DNA from: Spirochaetia bacterium
GTDB lineage: Bacteria > Spirochaetota > Spirochaetia > DSM-2461
DNA length: 64,000 nt
NCBI GenBank assembly: GCA_963668315.1
Contig: OY764216.1
Location: 4,032,001 to 4,096,000, forward strand
Direction: 5' to 3'
A program made the position numbers and the translations under genes. The notes below the pieces were generated by a model. That model did not search any database. It was given only the letters and a program-made list of their open reading frames with translations, and was not told the origin of the DNA. Every line of letters begins with the position of its first letter. The first letter of the stretch is position 1. Below are positions 46,981-57,119 of this stretch, piece after piece.

Positions 46981-48555
46981 TCACCCCTTATCCGAAAGGG
47001 TGACGGTGTTTCTGCCCCCGTTCTTCGATTTATACAAAGCCATATCGGCCCATTGGTAATACTTGTCAAAACCAAGACTCTCCTCTCCTTTGACAAGAAC
47101 GGCCCCTAGGGAGATTGTCAGTATGCCCGATGTGTTCGCCCCATTGGCGATATTCAGGTTTTCCACCGTTCTGCGAAGAATCTCCGCTTCCTGCATCAGC
47201 TGCTCCTCATTCTCGGCGGCTGTCAGAACGGCGAATTCCTCTCCGCCTACGCGAAAGAGGTAATCGGTTTTCCTCTTCAGTCCCTCATTCGCCGACCGGG
47301 AAACCATTTTGAGGATCCGGTCCCCCTCCTGGTGACCGTAGGTATCGTTGAAGTGCTTGAAGTGATCAATATCAAAAAGAATCAATCCCATGGTTCCCTT
47401 TTTTCTGCGCAGCCGGGAGTACTCCATCTCGGAGATCTGATCAAACATTCTCCTGTTCCAGATGGAAGTGAGCCCATCCCTGGTGGATAACTCCCCGACC
47501 AGTTCCAAGGCATTGTGCAGTTTGATACTCAGGATGAGAGAGATCACCAGAAACAGTCCCACAAGGACAATGGGCGCCAGGGAAAAAATGACATCCCCTA
47601 TGACAAGGGATCTTTCCGTTTCGAGGAGAAGCGACCATGATCCGGCGGACAGGGAATACCGGGTAACCAGCTTTTTTCCTGATCTGATGCTTTTTCCCTC
47701 CGGAAAAGCGTCGAGATCAAGAGAAGCCAGATGACCGTGCTTGGGATTTTCCCAGAAAAGATCTCCCAGAACGATATGCCTCTCTGTGAAAGGGATGTCC
47801 TGCCATGAGAGGATCTCGTCGATCCCTTCCTTGTTGATATCGATTCCTATGATGCCGATTATTCTGCCATCCATCCTGACGGGAATGCTGACGGTTACAA
47901 TCATTTCACCCCCCATGGGACTTACATACACATCTGTCCAGACGGGATTGCCCGCCGGGTTGGAGTCGGACAGGGCGTTCTTGAAAGAATCGGTTTCATA
48001 AAGGGTTTCGGAAAAAAAGTATGTCCCCCTGTCGACAGGGGGATAGAGATAGAGAAAATGATCCAGAGAAAGATAATAAATATAAGGGGTATCGGTAAAC
48101 CGTTCGCGGAGGGCTCTAAAGAGGGGGGTCAGATTGACGGCCATGGCCATCTCGGCGGCTTTCGGGCTGTTTTCCAGCGGTATGGGTCCCGATCCCGTTA
48201 TCGTTCCCCAGTCCGCTGAGGAAGGGTCGTCGGAGAACTGCAGGACATAACCCTGATTATTCGGCAGGGAGGCAAATCTTTGATGCAGGGAAAAAGGAAG
48301 GCTCCCGTCTCGGTCGAGAAATTCTCTGTTCAAATCCTTCAGTTTCTCTTCCGCCATATTTCTCATGGAAAAGATTGAGTACGTCCTCACTTCAATACCG
48401 TTCTCTATGAGTCCTTTCAAACGAAGGCCGGCATTTTCAATATTCCCTATCTGACTGCTGTAATAATGCTCAAACAGTCTTATATAGAGAAACAAGGAAA
48501 TAAAAAGAAAAAGTATAATAAAGACAAGCGTATATTTCCTACCCAGTTTCTGCAT
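46981..48555 (-). CDS. Membrane diguanylate cyclase with periplasmic Cache domain
   Basis: Two TM segments, WTDVY Cache motif, DGLT, DIDHFK..NDTYGH, RVGGEEF; start probably 48555 (ORF extends to 48633). Confidence 0.9.
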   Translation of the reverse strand: MQKLGRKYTLVFIILFLFISLFLYIRLFEHYYSSQIGNIENAGLRLKGLIENGIEVRTYSIFSMRNMAEEKLKDLNREFLDRDGSLPFSLHQRFASLPNNQGYVLQFSDDPSSADWGTITGSGPIPLENSPKAAEMAMAVNLTPLFRALRERFTDTPYIYYLSLDHFLYLYPPVDRGTYFFSETLYETDSFKNALSDSNPAGNPVWTDVYVSPMGGEMIVTVSIPVRMDGRIIGIIGIDINKEGIDEILSWQDIPFTERHIVLGDLFWENPKHGHLASLDLDAFPEGKSIRSGKKLVTRYSLSAGSWSLLLETERSLVIGDVIFSLAPIVLVGLFLVISLILSIKLHNALELVGELSTRDGLTSIWNRRMFDQISEMEYSRLRRKKGTMGLILFDIDHFKHFNDTYGHQEGDRILKMVSRSANEGLKRKTDYLFRVGGEEFAVLTAAENEEQLMQEAEILRRTVENLNIANGANTSGILTISLGAVLVKGEESLGFDKYYQWADMALYKSKNGGRNTVTLSDKG

Positions 48556-48766
48556 ATGCGATTCCACCGCCTTTTTTTGAAATATTCCATGGGATTCTGT
48601 ATACATTTTAGGATATTCTATGTACAGATTCAAAAGGATTGGAAAAAAAGTTCCTCCCCGATCATCCAGTGTCCCCCCGATAGTGGCTGCTAGGGCATTA
48701 TATCCATCAGAACGTCTTATCCGCCATGGCGGGAAAAGGGTCAGGGGCTATTGATACTGCCGCCCT

Positions 48767-49255
48767 CTAAACGGTGAAATCGAGCCTCATATCGAACCAT
48801 TTCTCCCCGCCGTGGCAGGATTTGGATACTCCTTGGTTTTTGAATCCGAACTTCCGGTAGTAGGAGATGAAATGCTCCTTGCAGGTAAGGATGATACCTT
48901 TTCTCCCCTGAGCCCGGCAGTCGGCGATAACCCGTTCCATAATCAGGGCGGCATAGTTATTTTTCCTCTGCCCCGGCAGTATGGTAACCCCGAACAGAGC
49001 CTGCCAATCGCCCTGCTCATTATGCATTGTACTTTGATCAAACATTTCATCAATGATGGTTTTTCTGTCTGTAACCATACCGTTAATGAATCCGATGATT
49101 TCGTTCTCCTTCTCGAGGAGCCAGAAATGCTCGGGATAAACGGCAAGGCGTGTCCTGAAAGACTCTTCCGGACATGCCTCTGCCGGGGGGAAACACGCAT
49201 TTTCTATATTCACGATGGCTTGTAAGTCGTCCATATGGGCTAATCGTATATTCAT
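48767..49255 (-). CDS. GNAT acetyltransferase
   Basis: IENACFP..A, QRKNNYA, LTCK..YYRKFGF. Confidence 0.88.
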   Translation of the reverse strand: MNIRLAHMDDLQAIVNIENACFPPAEACPEESFRTRLAVYPEHFWLLEKENEIIGFINGMVTDRKTIIDEMFDQSTMHNEQGDWQALFGVTILPGQRKNNYAALIMERVIADCRAQGRKGIILTCKEHFISYYRKFGFKNQGVSKSCHGGEKWFDMRLDFTV

Positions 49256-49331
49256 AAACTATCCTTTTTAAATTTTCTTATAGAATCTTCTTAAATATAT
49301 GACGGTCAGAACATCGTACCGTCCTGCCGGG

Positions 49332-50342
49332 CTATACCGAATCCCGTATGACAAGCTCGGGGGGAATGACCACTTTGCGCGCTTCCCTTCTCCCGGAGAG
49401 AAGATCGATGAGAAGCTCGCAGGTCTGTACGGAAATCGCCTTGGAGGGCTGGGCGACTGAAGTCAGATTCGGCTCAACAAAAGAACAGAGACCGATATTG
49501 TCGTACCCTACGACGGCGATGTCTCCCGGAACCGCTATGCCGCGCTTTTCCAGAGCCTTGATAAGGACAATACCCATAATATCGGTATGGGCGAACACGG
49601 CGTCGATCCGGTTCAGATAGGGTGAAAGGGTCTCCCACATCTCATCGATTTTCTCCAGATCATTTATGCCCTGTATGATCAGAGACTCATCGACCCCTAT
49701 GCCGTACTCCTCCAGCGCCTTCCTGTAGCCTAAGGTTCTCAGTGAGAACTCCCTCCGGTCCTCCGGACGGCAGAGACAGAGGATTTTCCTCCGACCCTTA
49801 TCCAGTAGACAGCGGGTAGCCATGTATCCCCCGGTTTCATGGTCACAGTAGACGGCATTGACACTGCCCGCTTCCAACGGGGGAATCTGATGGGAAAAAA
49901 CAAAGGGAATATTCCCCTTTTTCAGAAACTCCAGCGTCTTTTTCTCTATGGAGGAACTGAGGATAATGAATCCGTCCACCTTGCGGCGGTTGACCAGTCG
50001 TATGATATTATCCTTATTGGAGATGACATTTTTCTTAAAGGTGGTGAGGATATCCAGATCCCCCTCCTCAAGCTGATGCCTTATATGCTTGAGGAAGGTA
50101 TTGGTATAGAAATGGGGCTGGTCGTCATCGGCATCATCGTTGAGAATGATGCCGATGGTGCCCGTCTTGCTGGTATTGAGGCTTCGGGCGTTCGCATTGT
50201 ACTCGAATCCCAGATCGCGGGCGATTTTCTTGATTTCCTCGCGTTTTGCCGGGGAAACGCCGGGCTTCTCGTTCAGACAGCGTGAAACGGTAGAATGAGT
50301 GACTCCGGCTATACGGGCGATATCCTTTATGGTAACAGCCAT
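49332..50342 (-). CDS. LacI-family regulator (1)
   Basis: TIKDIARIAGVTHSTVSR HTH, NANARSL hinge, VVGYDN. Confidence 0.95.
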   Translation of the reverse strand: MAVTIKDIARIAGVTHSTVSRCLNEKPGVSPAKREEIKKIARDLGFEYNANARSLNTSKTGTIGIILNDDADDDQPHFYTNTFLKHIRHQLEEGDLDILTTFKKNVISNKDNIIRLVNRRKVDGFIILSSSIEKKTLEFLKKGNIPFVFSHQIPPLEAGSVNAVYCDHETGGYMATRCLLDKGRRKILCLCRPEDRREFSLRTLGYRKALEEYGIGVDESLIIQGINDLEKIDEMWETLSPYLNRIDAVFAHTDIMGIVLIKALEKRGIAVPGDIAVVGYDNIGLCSFVEPNLTSVAQPSKAISVQTCELLIDLLSGRREARKVVIPPELVIRDSV

Positions 50343-50426
50343 CTTTCCTTATTACGACCTCGGATTTCTATGATCCATAGTATTTTAATGGAAATGGCAA
50401 GGCCTTGTCCATATGAATAAAAGACA

Positions 50427-51308
50427 TTACCTTCTGGCAAATCCCATTCTTTCCATTCTCTGATAGACATCATCGGCACGGCCCGTAAAAGGCCCGGGCG
50501 ATTCCATTTTTATCGAGCAGAGCGCCGCCGCATAGAAAACAGATTCATAGGGATCGGCGGTGATTCGCTTGGACAGATAGGCGGCGAAAGTGGTATCTCC
50601 CCGTCCGGTCCTGCCCGACAGGTTTTCCGGATTGAAAGGCGCTCGGTATAGCTCTCCCCCGGTACAGACCAGCACCTCTTCGTTATGGGTGACCATTACT
50701 TCCCTGGCGCCCCACTGGGACAGGAGAACGGCCGCTTTCTCCCGGTCCTTTTCTCCGGTCAGGATCTCGGCCTCCGCCGCATCGGTCTTCAGATAGCTTA
50801 CGGAAGGCAAGAGATCCCTGGCCTGTTCCCACTGCCGGAACACCAGGCTCCCCTCCTCGCTGCATCTCAGCACCCCCTGAACATCCAGGGCGACCTCTCC
50901 CTTCCGTCCCAGGAAGGAGATGAAATCATCGGGTATTTCCCCCTTGAAGAGCCCCGCCAGATGATAGATTCTGCCCGAAACGGGAGGGAAATTATCCACC
51001 TCGAAGGCTCCGGCCTGGGAATCGAGGGTGATTTTTCTCCTTTCCCTGTCGGGAGAATCATATTCAAGGGTGATGCAGGTTGTCTCCGGGTCATTCAGCC
51101 TTAAGACGTCTACTCCCCTTTCCCGCATCACATCCAGGAGGGTATCGTCCTTTTCCGAAGCTTTCGTAACGACAAGGACCTGGGCGGCGGACCGGGCGGC
51201 GGCTATGGACGAATAGTAGACGGCTCCTCCGAGACTCTCCGAGCGGATTCCGAGGTCCAGCAGTGTGTCCTTACAGACATGGCCGAGCATAATGATATCG
51301 TATTTCAT
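50427..51308 (-). CDS. PfkB/ribokinase-family kinase with PPi-dependent signature (1)
   Basis: YLKTD, PFNPENLSGRTGRGDT, SIKM. Confidence 0.88.
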   Translation of the reverse strand: MKYDIIMLGHVCKDTLLDLGIRSESLGGAVYYSSIAAARSAAQVLVVTKASEKDDTLLDVMRERGVDVLRLNDPETTCITLEYDSPDRERRKITLDSQAGAFEVDNFPPVSGRIYHLAGLFKGEIPDDFISFLGRKGEVALDVQGVLRCSEEGSLVFRQWEQARDLLPSVSYLKTDAAEAEILTGEKDREKAAVLLSQWGAREVMVTHNEEVLVCTGGELYRAPFNPENLSGRTGRGDTTFAAYLSKRITADPYESVFYAAALCSIKMESPGPFTGRADDVYQRMERMGFARR

Positions 51309-51333
51309 GATTTTTCCTAAATTGATAAGCTAA

Positions 51334-51355
51334 CCGGGAGGAGAATTCCTCCCGG
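51334..51355. other. Intergenic stem-loop after the binding-protein gene
   Basis: CCGGGAGGA-GAAT-TCCTCCCGG. Confidence 0.6.
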
Positions 51356-51364
51356 AGATATTTT

Positions 51365-52543
51365 TTACTGAAGTGCCAGCCAGAAATTTCTCAGATCATC
51401 GGCGGCCAGGTAGTTGTATTCCAGGTCCACGGGCCAGACGTTCAGAGAATCGAGAGCCTGCGTTTCCACGGTGGGAACATCCGTGCGTGAAGGCCAGGAT
51501 CCGCGTACGTGGAAGGGCTTGAATCCGGGACCGGAACCGTCGGCTTCTCCGCCCACCCAGCGGATAAGCAGTTTGGCCGCATTCACATGCTCCGCCTGGT
51601 CGGCGACATAGAGATAGGCGGGATCGAGGATTCCCTGACGGGGGGAGAGCTCTTCGGCTACGTTGACCAGAAGGTCGGGTCCGGCTTTGCGCATCTTGCT
51701 TGAGGTGGCGATGCCGAAGGGGGGATCCACCTGTCCCGGGGCGCCCACGGCCTCAACAATATCACCGTCGGAAGTCATGACAATCAGATCGTTGGCGGAG
51801 AGGCGTTTGAGGAACTCATAGCCGGCGTTCTCCGTTCCGTCCAGGACAATATCCTTACCGAACTCTTTCTTGTAAGCGGCAGCCATATCGTCGCTGTTTT
51901 TCACCATGGTAATGAAAAGTCCCATGATTTCGGAATTTTCGATCGGGCTTCTCAGGATAACCTTCCCCTTGTATTCCGGACGGGTAAGATCCCACCAGCT
52001 GTCAATGGGACAGGAATCGTAGACTTCGGTATTGTAGAAGACCTGCTTCATTTCAAAATAGGGGGCGTAACCGCCTTTCTGATATTCGGCAGGGGCGGTT
52101 TTCATCATATCTGCGGGGATGAATCCCTTCACAAGGCCCATTTTGACAAACTCGCTGTACACGGCGCCGTCCGAATCCTTGATAAAGAGCAGATCGGCGT
52201 TTCTGATCCCCGCTTCATGCTCCCTCTGAAACTTCTCCAGAATTTCGGAATTCCGCATATCGTAGGCAACGAGTTCAATGCCGGGATACCGGGCTTCAAA
52301 GGTCTCCTTGACATCGTTGAAGCGGCTGGACATGGAATAGACCGTGACCTTTCCCTCTTCCTTGGCTTTGGCATACAGCTCATCGGCGCTCAGATTCTCC
52401 CCGAGCCCCACAGTCTCTTCCCAGCTGACCTCAGCTTCCCCTGAAGAGGCGGCATAGGCTTTCTTGGTGCATCCGGACATCAATAGCCCCAGAGCGGCCG
52501 TGACAAAACAAAGAACGATGGCTGTTTTTTTTGCTTTTAACAT
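51365..52543 (-). CDS. ABC substrate-binding lipoprotein (FbpA/AfuA-like)
   Basis: Lipobox LMSGC; AKEEGKVTVYS; YNTE..SWWDLT.PEYKG. Confidence 0.85.
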   Translation of the reverse strand: MLKAKKTAIVLCFVTAALGLLMSGCTKKAYAASSGEAEVSWEETVGLGENLSADELYAKAKEEGKVTVYSMSSRFNDVKETFEARYPGIELVAYDMRNSEILEKFQREHEAGIRNADLLFIKDSDGAVYSEFVKMGLVKGFIPADMMKTAPAEYQKGGYAPYFEMKQVFYNTEVYDSCPIDSWWDLTRPEYKGKVILRSPIENSEIMGLFITMVKNSDDMAAAYKKEFGKDIVLDGTENAGYEFLKRLSANDLIVMTSDGDIVEAVGAPGQVDPPFGIATSSKMRKAGPDLLVNVAEELSPRQGILDPAYLYVADQAEHVNAAKLLIRWVGGEADGSGPGFKPFHVRGSWPSRTDVPTVETQALDSLNVWPVDLEYNYLAADDLRNFWLALQ

Positions 52544-52618
52544 AAAATAACTCCTCTAATAATTTTATAGACATCGGCGGCGCTTCCTAGGTCACCACCG
52601 AGATATCCCGCCGTACAA

Positions 52619-53752
52619 TTAATCCGTAGCTCTTACGATCAGTGTTCCCTCCTTGTTCTCGAACAGGTTCATTCGATTCTCCTTAAGGCCGATCCAGACG
52701 GTCTGTCCCATCTCATAACGGAGCTGGCCTATCTCCTTGGCCATGACAAGGTGCCCTCCCAGATCCAGCTCGAGAAGAGTCTCCGATCCGGCGGGCAGAA
52801 TGGACGTCACATCGCAGGGAAAAAGCCCCTCCTCCTTCTCGCGGCTGATATGGATATCCTCGGGGCGAATGGCTACCGTCACGTCTTCTATCCCGCCGGC
52901 CTGAAGGCCGCATCCGCATGTCCTGTTTGCCATTCCCAGAAACTCCAGGTCGCCGAAATCGCAGTTGACGGTCAGGGATTCCCCGCTCTTTCCTCCGATG
53001 GTTCCCTTGAGAAAATTGATCTTGGGGTTTCCTATGAATTCCGCCACTTTCAGGGTGGAGGGATTATTGTAGATTTCACTGGGTGTATTGCACTGGGTCA
53101 GAACGCCTTCGAAATAGACGGCTATCTTGGAGGAGAGTGTCAGCGCCTCCACCTGATCGTGAGTCACGTAGATGATTGTCGTATTCAGATCCTTGTGAAG
53201 GCGCTTGAGTTCCGCCCTCATGTCGACCCTGAGCTTGGCATCCAGGTTGGAGAGGGGCTCGTCCAGAAGAAGAATCTTCGGCTGGGAAACAATGGCCCGG
53301 GCGATGGCCACCCTCTGCTGCTGCCCTCCGGAGAGTTCGGAGGGATAACGCTCGGAGTAGTCATGGATCTGCATCTTCTCCAGAGCCCCCATAACCTTGT
53401 CCTTGATCTCGTTTTTCGGCATTTTCTTCACGGTAAGGCCGAAGGCCACGTTCTCGAAGACGGTCATATGGGGCCACAGGGCATAGCTCTGAAAAACCAG
53501 ATTCAGATTTCTCTTCGAAGGGGGGGCGAATTTTCCCTTTTCCGGATCGGCCACGGCCACCCCGTCTATCGTGACGAGGCCGCTCTGGGGATTTTCCAGA
53601 CCTGAAATGACCCGGAGGGTTGTTGTCTTGCCGCAGCCCGAAGGCCCCAGAAGGGTCATGAAGTCTCCCTGGTCTATGGTTAAATTCACATCCTTGAGTA
53701 TGTGTTCCCTATCATAATATTTATTGACTTTTTTCAGTTCTATCCGGCTCAT
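52619..53752 (-). CDS. ABC transporter ATPase
   Basis: GPSGCGKTT, LSGGQQQR, LLLDEP, VTHDQ. Confidence 0.96.
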   Translation of the reverse strand: MSRIELKKVNKYYDREHILKDVNLTIDQGDFMTLLGPSGCGKTTTLRVISGLENPQSGLVTIDGVAVADPEKGKFAPPSKRNLNLVFQSYALWPHMTVFENVAFGLTVKKMPKNEIKDKVMGALEKMQIHDYSERYPSELSGGQQQRVAIARAIVSQPKILLLDEPLSNLDAKLRVDMRAELKRLHKDLNTTIIYVTHDQVEALTLSSKIAVYFEGVLTQCNTPSEIYNNPSTLKVAEFIGNPKINFLKGTIGGKSGESLTVNCDFGDLEFLGMANRTCGCGLQAGGIEDVTVAIRPEDIHISREKEEGLFPCDVTSILPAGSETLLELDLGGHLVMAKEIGQLRYEMGQTVWIGLKENRMNLFENKEGTLIVRATD

Positions 53753-53753
53753 A

Positions 53754-55592
53754 TCAACCTCCTATTCCTTTGGAAATATCCGCTTTGCTAACTTTTCGGG
53801 CGATGAAATTCACAGTGATGATAATGAATATAATCAGTGTGGTGATGGCATTGGAAAACTGCTCGAACCCGGACTCCGTATAGGAGTATGTGAGTGTCGT
53901 CAGTGTTGCCGTTTCCGGCGTTACAAGGAGCATGATCAGGGCCAGTTCTTTCATCCCGCTGATAAAAATCAGGAGAAAGGCGCTGAAGACTCCGCCCTTG
54001 GCGAGGGGGAGGATGAGCCGGGAGAAGATCCTGACCCAGGGGGTTCCCTCGATTTTCGCCGCTTCCTCCAGTTCCGTATTGATCTGCATCATGCTGCTGG
54101 TCCCCGAACGGACGGCGAAGGGCAGATATTTCACAATGCTGATGAGGACCAGAAGGGCGAACGTTCCATAGAGGACGGGCAGGAAGAGCTGGGGCTTGGA
54201 GAACATGGAGAGGTAGATCGTGCTCAGAGCGATGGAGGGGATGAGCATGGGGGTAAAGGAGATCTGCTCGATGAAGCGCCCGCTCAGCTTCTTTCTTCCC
54301 CGGGAGATGATATATCCCAGCAGGAGTCCCGCCACCGTGGCGATTAGCGAGACGAGGAAGACAAGACGGAGCGTATTGAACAGGGCTTTCCATATTCTCG
54401 GATTATGGAAAATACCCGCTTCTCCGTCGGCGATGGCCGGGTTTCCCTCTCCTATCCAGAAGTGCAGGGTCAGATTATCCAGGCTGTAAATCCCCTCCCT
54501 GAGCATGACGCTCTGAAGGACCAGGACCAATAGGGGCATGATGACACCCAGGATGACGAAAAGGAGGACTAAACCGGTGATGAAGGGCTTCAGCTTCTTC
54601 AGCTTGATGTAGTTCTTTCTGGTGCTCTTGCCGCCGATCGTCGTGAAGCTCTTCCGTTTGCCGATGGCTTTCTGGTTCAGATAAACCGTAAAGCTGGCCA
54701 CAGCCATAAGGACGATTCCCAGAGTAAAGGCCTGGGTGGTCAGCCTGTTTCTGATATTGGCGTAAATCATGGTGGAAAGGGTGTAGTAATTCACCTTAAG
54801 CCCCAGAAAGGCCGGTGCTCCGAAGGATCCTATGGCCTTGGAAAAGGTAAGGATGAAGGAGGAGAGGATAGCCGGCAGGACCAGGGGAAAGGTGATTTTA
54901 CGCAGGATAAGGCTTCTTTTCGCTCCGGTGATCTCGGCCATCTCCTCCAGGTCGCCCCCGATTGAGGAGAGGGCCGAGGAAATGAGCAGAAAGGAGAAGA
55001 CAAAGTAATGGAGCGACAGGGTCACCACGATGGGGACGAAGCCGTAGGAGAACCAGTCGGGAAGGCTGATTCCGGTGATGGCCTGAAACATACCGGGATA
55101 GCCGCCGATCCGGTCGTTCTTGAAAAGGACCTGCCAGGCCAGAGCCTTGCACCAGGAAGGGACCATGTAGGCCACTACCAGGATGAATGAGAAGAACTTC
55201 TTCATGGGTATGTCGGTTCTCGTGATGAGCCATGCGAGGATTCCCCCGATGGTGATGCCGATGCAGGAAACGCTCAGCGAGATCATCAGGGAGTTGATAA
55301 GCGGCTTGTAGAACATGGCCCGGCTGATCTGACTGGCAAAGGTGGTCGCCCAGTATCTCATGGTGAACGACCCTTCGGGCAGTCCCGTTTTCGCCGCGTC
55401 CCTGAACTGAAGCTCAAAGGTGGACGTGAAGATCTCCCACAGGGGCAGCGCCACAAGATAGAGCAGCAGAATAATGGACACAACCGTAATCAGATTCTGA
55501 GGATTCCTGATATAATTCAGCGCCCTGTTTCCGTAGAGGCGCAATTTTTTACTCTGGACACTCCTATCGGTCAATTCTGCGATAGTTCCCAT
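53754..55592 (-). CDS. ABC permease, FbpB/AfuB-type with two domains
   Basis: Two EAA loops (LEEMAEITGA, LEEAAKIEG). Confidence 0.92.
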   Translation of the reverse strand: MGTIAELTDRSVQSKKLRLYGNRALNYIRNPQNLITVVSIILLLYLVALPLWEIFTSTFELQFRDAAKTGLPEGSFTMRYWATTFASQISRAMFYKPLINSLMISLSVSCIGITIGGILAWLITRTDIPMKKFFSFILVVAYMVPSWCKALAWQVLFKNDRIGGYPGMFQAITGISLPDWFSYGFVPIVVTLSLHYFVFSFLLISSALSSIGGDLEEMAEITGAKRSLILRKITFPLVLPAILSSFILTFSKAIGSFGAPAFLGLKVNYYTLSTMIYANIRNRLTTQAFTLGIVLMAVASFTVYLNQKAIGKRKSFTTIGGKSTRKNYIKLKKLKPFITGLVLLFVILGVIMPLLVLVLQSVMLREGIYSLDNLTLHFWIGEGNPAIADGEAGIFHNPRIWKALFNTLRLVFLVSLIATVAGLLLGYIISRGRKKLSGRFIEQISFTPMLIPSIALSTIYLSMFSKPQLFLPVLYGTFALLVLISIVKYLPFAVRSGTSSMMQINTELEEAAKIEGTPWVRIFSRLILPLAKGGVFSAFLLIFISGMKELALIMLLVTPETATLTTLTYSYTESGFEQFSNAITTLIIFIIITVNFIARKVSKADISKGIGG

Positions 55593-55625
55593 AGTTTCCT
55601 CCTTTTTTTTTCATAATTTCCTTCC

Positions 55626-56387
55626 TTAATTTATGTGATTAATATCGTCTACAATCCTCGGGATATCGGACAGGCTGTAAATTCGGTAAGTCGGTTCATA
55701 CTCTCCCCCGCCCTCGCCGTCGCTCAGCTTTGTGAACTCCGAGCAGATCTGGATGGATCCGTAGAGTCCGGCATTTCGGGCACCCGCCACATCCCGTGAG
55801 AGGGTATCCCCGACATAAAGTGTCTTTTCGGCGGAACTTTGCATCCTGCCGAGCATGTCGCGGAACAGAAAGCCGTGGGGTTTTCTGATCCCGTAATCGG
55901 AGGAGAGGCCGATTTTCTCGAAGTAGTGGCTCATGCCGTACTTTTCCAGAGATCTGTGGACCTGGGTAAAGCTTCCCGTATTGCTGATGATTCCCATCCT
56001 GATTCCCCGGGATTTCAGCTCTTCCAGCATCTCCGGCGCCTCCTTGCGGCACTCCCTCACGATAACTTCCGTTTCCCAGAAATAGGCCAGTTTCTCGTGA
56101 TTATCGAAGATAAGCTCCGCGGGAATGGAGAGGTCTTTGAAAATCCAGTCGTTCCAGACCATGGCGGGATGTACCTCGATGCAGGTTTTTTCCCGGAAAG
56201 AACGGTACTCGCCGTATCTTTTCTGCAGGTAGGAGTAAAACTCCCCTCCCCCCAACGGGAAGATTTTCCCGTAGGACATCCCCAGTATTTCTTCCATTTT
56301 TCCTTCGATGATTTCCGGGACGCGGTCGGAATAGTGGATATCCTCCAGCGTGCCCCCCATATCAAAAAGGACGGTATCTATCTGCAT
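55626..56387 (-). CDS. HAD-superfamily hydrolase (class IA-like)
   Basis: FDMGGTL, ISNT, RKP, YVGDTLSRD; AAGGAG RBS before ATG 56387. Confidence 0.88.
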   Translation of the reverse strand: MQIDTVLFDMGGTLEDIHYSDRVPEIIEGKMEEILGMSYGKIFPLGGGEFYSYLQKRYGEYRSFREKTCIEVHPAMVWNDWIFKDLSIPAELIFDNHEKLAYFWETEVIVRECRKEAPEMLEELKSRGIRMGIISNTGSFTQVHRSLEKYGMSHYFEKIGLSSDYGIRKPHGFLFRDMLGRMQSSAEKTLYVGDTLSRDVAGARNAGLYGSIQICSEFTKLSDGEGGGEYEPTYRIYSLSDIPRIVDDINHIN

Positions 56388-57070
56388 ATACGCTCCTTTA
56401 CGATTAAAGAATCCCAATCCAGTTTTTTCACCTGTTCGACGAACTCCCCGATGGTTCGGACCCGGCGGCGCAGGGATATGCCTCCCGTGGCCAGATCACC
56501 CGGTCTGTGGAAATCGGAACCGGATATAATCAGAAGCTCATTCTCCCGGGCGATCTGCACGGCCCGGTGGTCCCGGGAATCGTGGCGCGGATTGCCGTTG
56601 TGCACCTCAAGGCCGTGGACGACCAGGGGGCTCACGAGGGAACATCCGTCCCTGAAGGGGTGGGCCTGGAATACCAGAAGGTCTTCCCGGTCCCCTACGA
56701 GCTCCATGAAATCCGCTATGGTCGATCTATGGATGAATTCCAGACTCTTCAAAGCGGACACATCCAGACCGTAGACAAGATAATCGTTTTTGTTCTCGGT
56801 GAACCGCAGTTCCAGCCCCCAGAGAATATCCATATCCAGCTTTTCGCCCTCTTCGGCGGCGGCTTGATAGCCTTCCAGGTATCTGTCGATCATTCCGTTC
56901 CAGCTCGTTTCCTCAAGCCTTTCGAAATACTCCTCATTGAAGTGATCCGTAAAGACGATCCCCTGGTAACCGGCATCCTTATACATTCTGACCGCCTGGA
57001 CTGCCGGAACATGACCGCAGCTGCTAACCTCGGCCGTATGGGCATGTATTTCGTATTTATATTTTTCCAT
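56378..57070 (-). CDS. PHP-domain phosphoesterase
   Basis: EIHAHT, TDH, AHPFR, GSDFH. Confidence 0.9.
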   Translation of the reverse strand: MEKYKYEIHAHTAEVSSCGHVPAVQAVRMYKDAGYQGIVFTDHFNEEYFERLEETSWNGMIDRYLEGYQAAAEEGEKLDMDILWGLELRFTENKNDYLVYGLDVSALKSLEFIHRSTIADFMELVGDREDLLVFQAHPFRDGCSLVSPLVVHGLEVHNGNPRHDSRDHRAVQIARENELLIISGSDFHRPGDLATGGISLRRRVRTIGEFVEQVKKLDWDSLIVKERICR

Positions 57071-57089
57071 TCCAACTCCTTCAAATTAA

Positions 57090-57103
57090 CTTAAACGTTT
57101 TAG
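57090..57103. promoter_or_regulatory. LacI-type operator CTTAAACGTTTTAG
   Basis: CG-centred near-palindrome upstream of the PHP gene; matches the site at 58143-58156. Confidence 0.7.
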
Positions 57104-57119
57104 TATCGAGCGAAAAAAA

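Noticed and set aside
48634..48766. c-di-GMP or other riboswitch upstream of the diguanylate cyclase
   Set aside because: Only short GC hairpins; no recognisable aptamer consensus.
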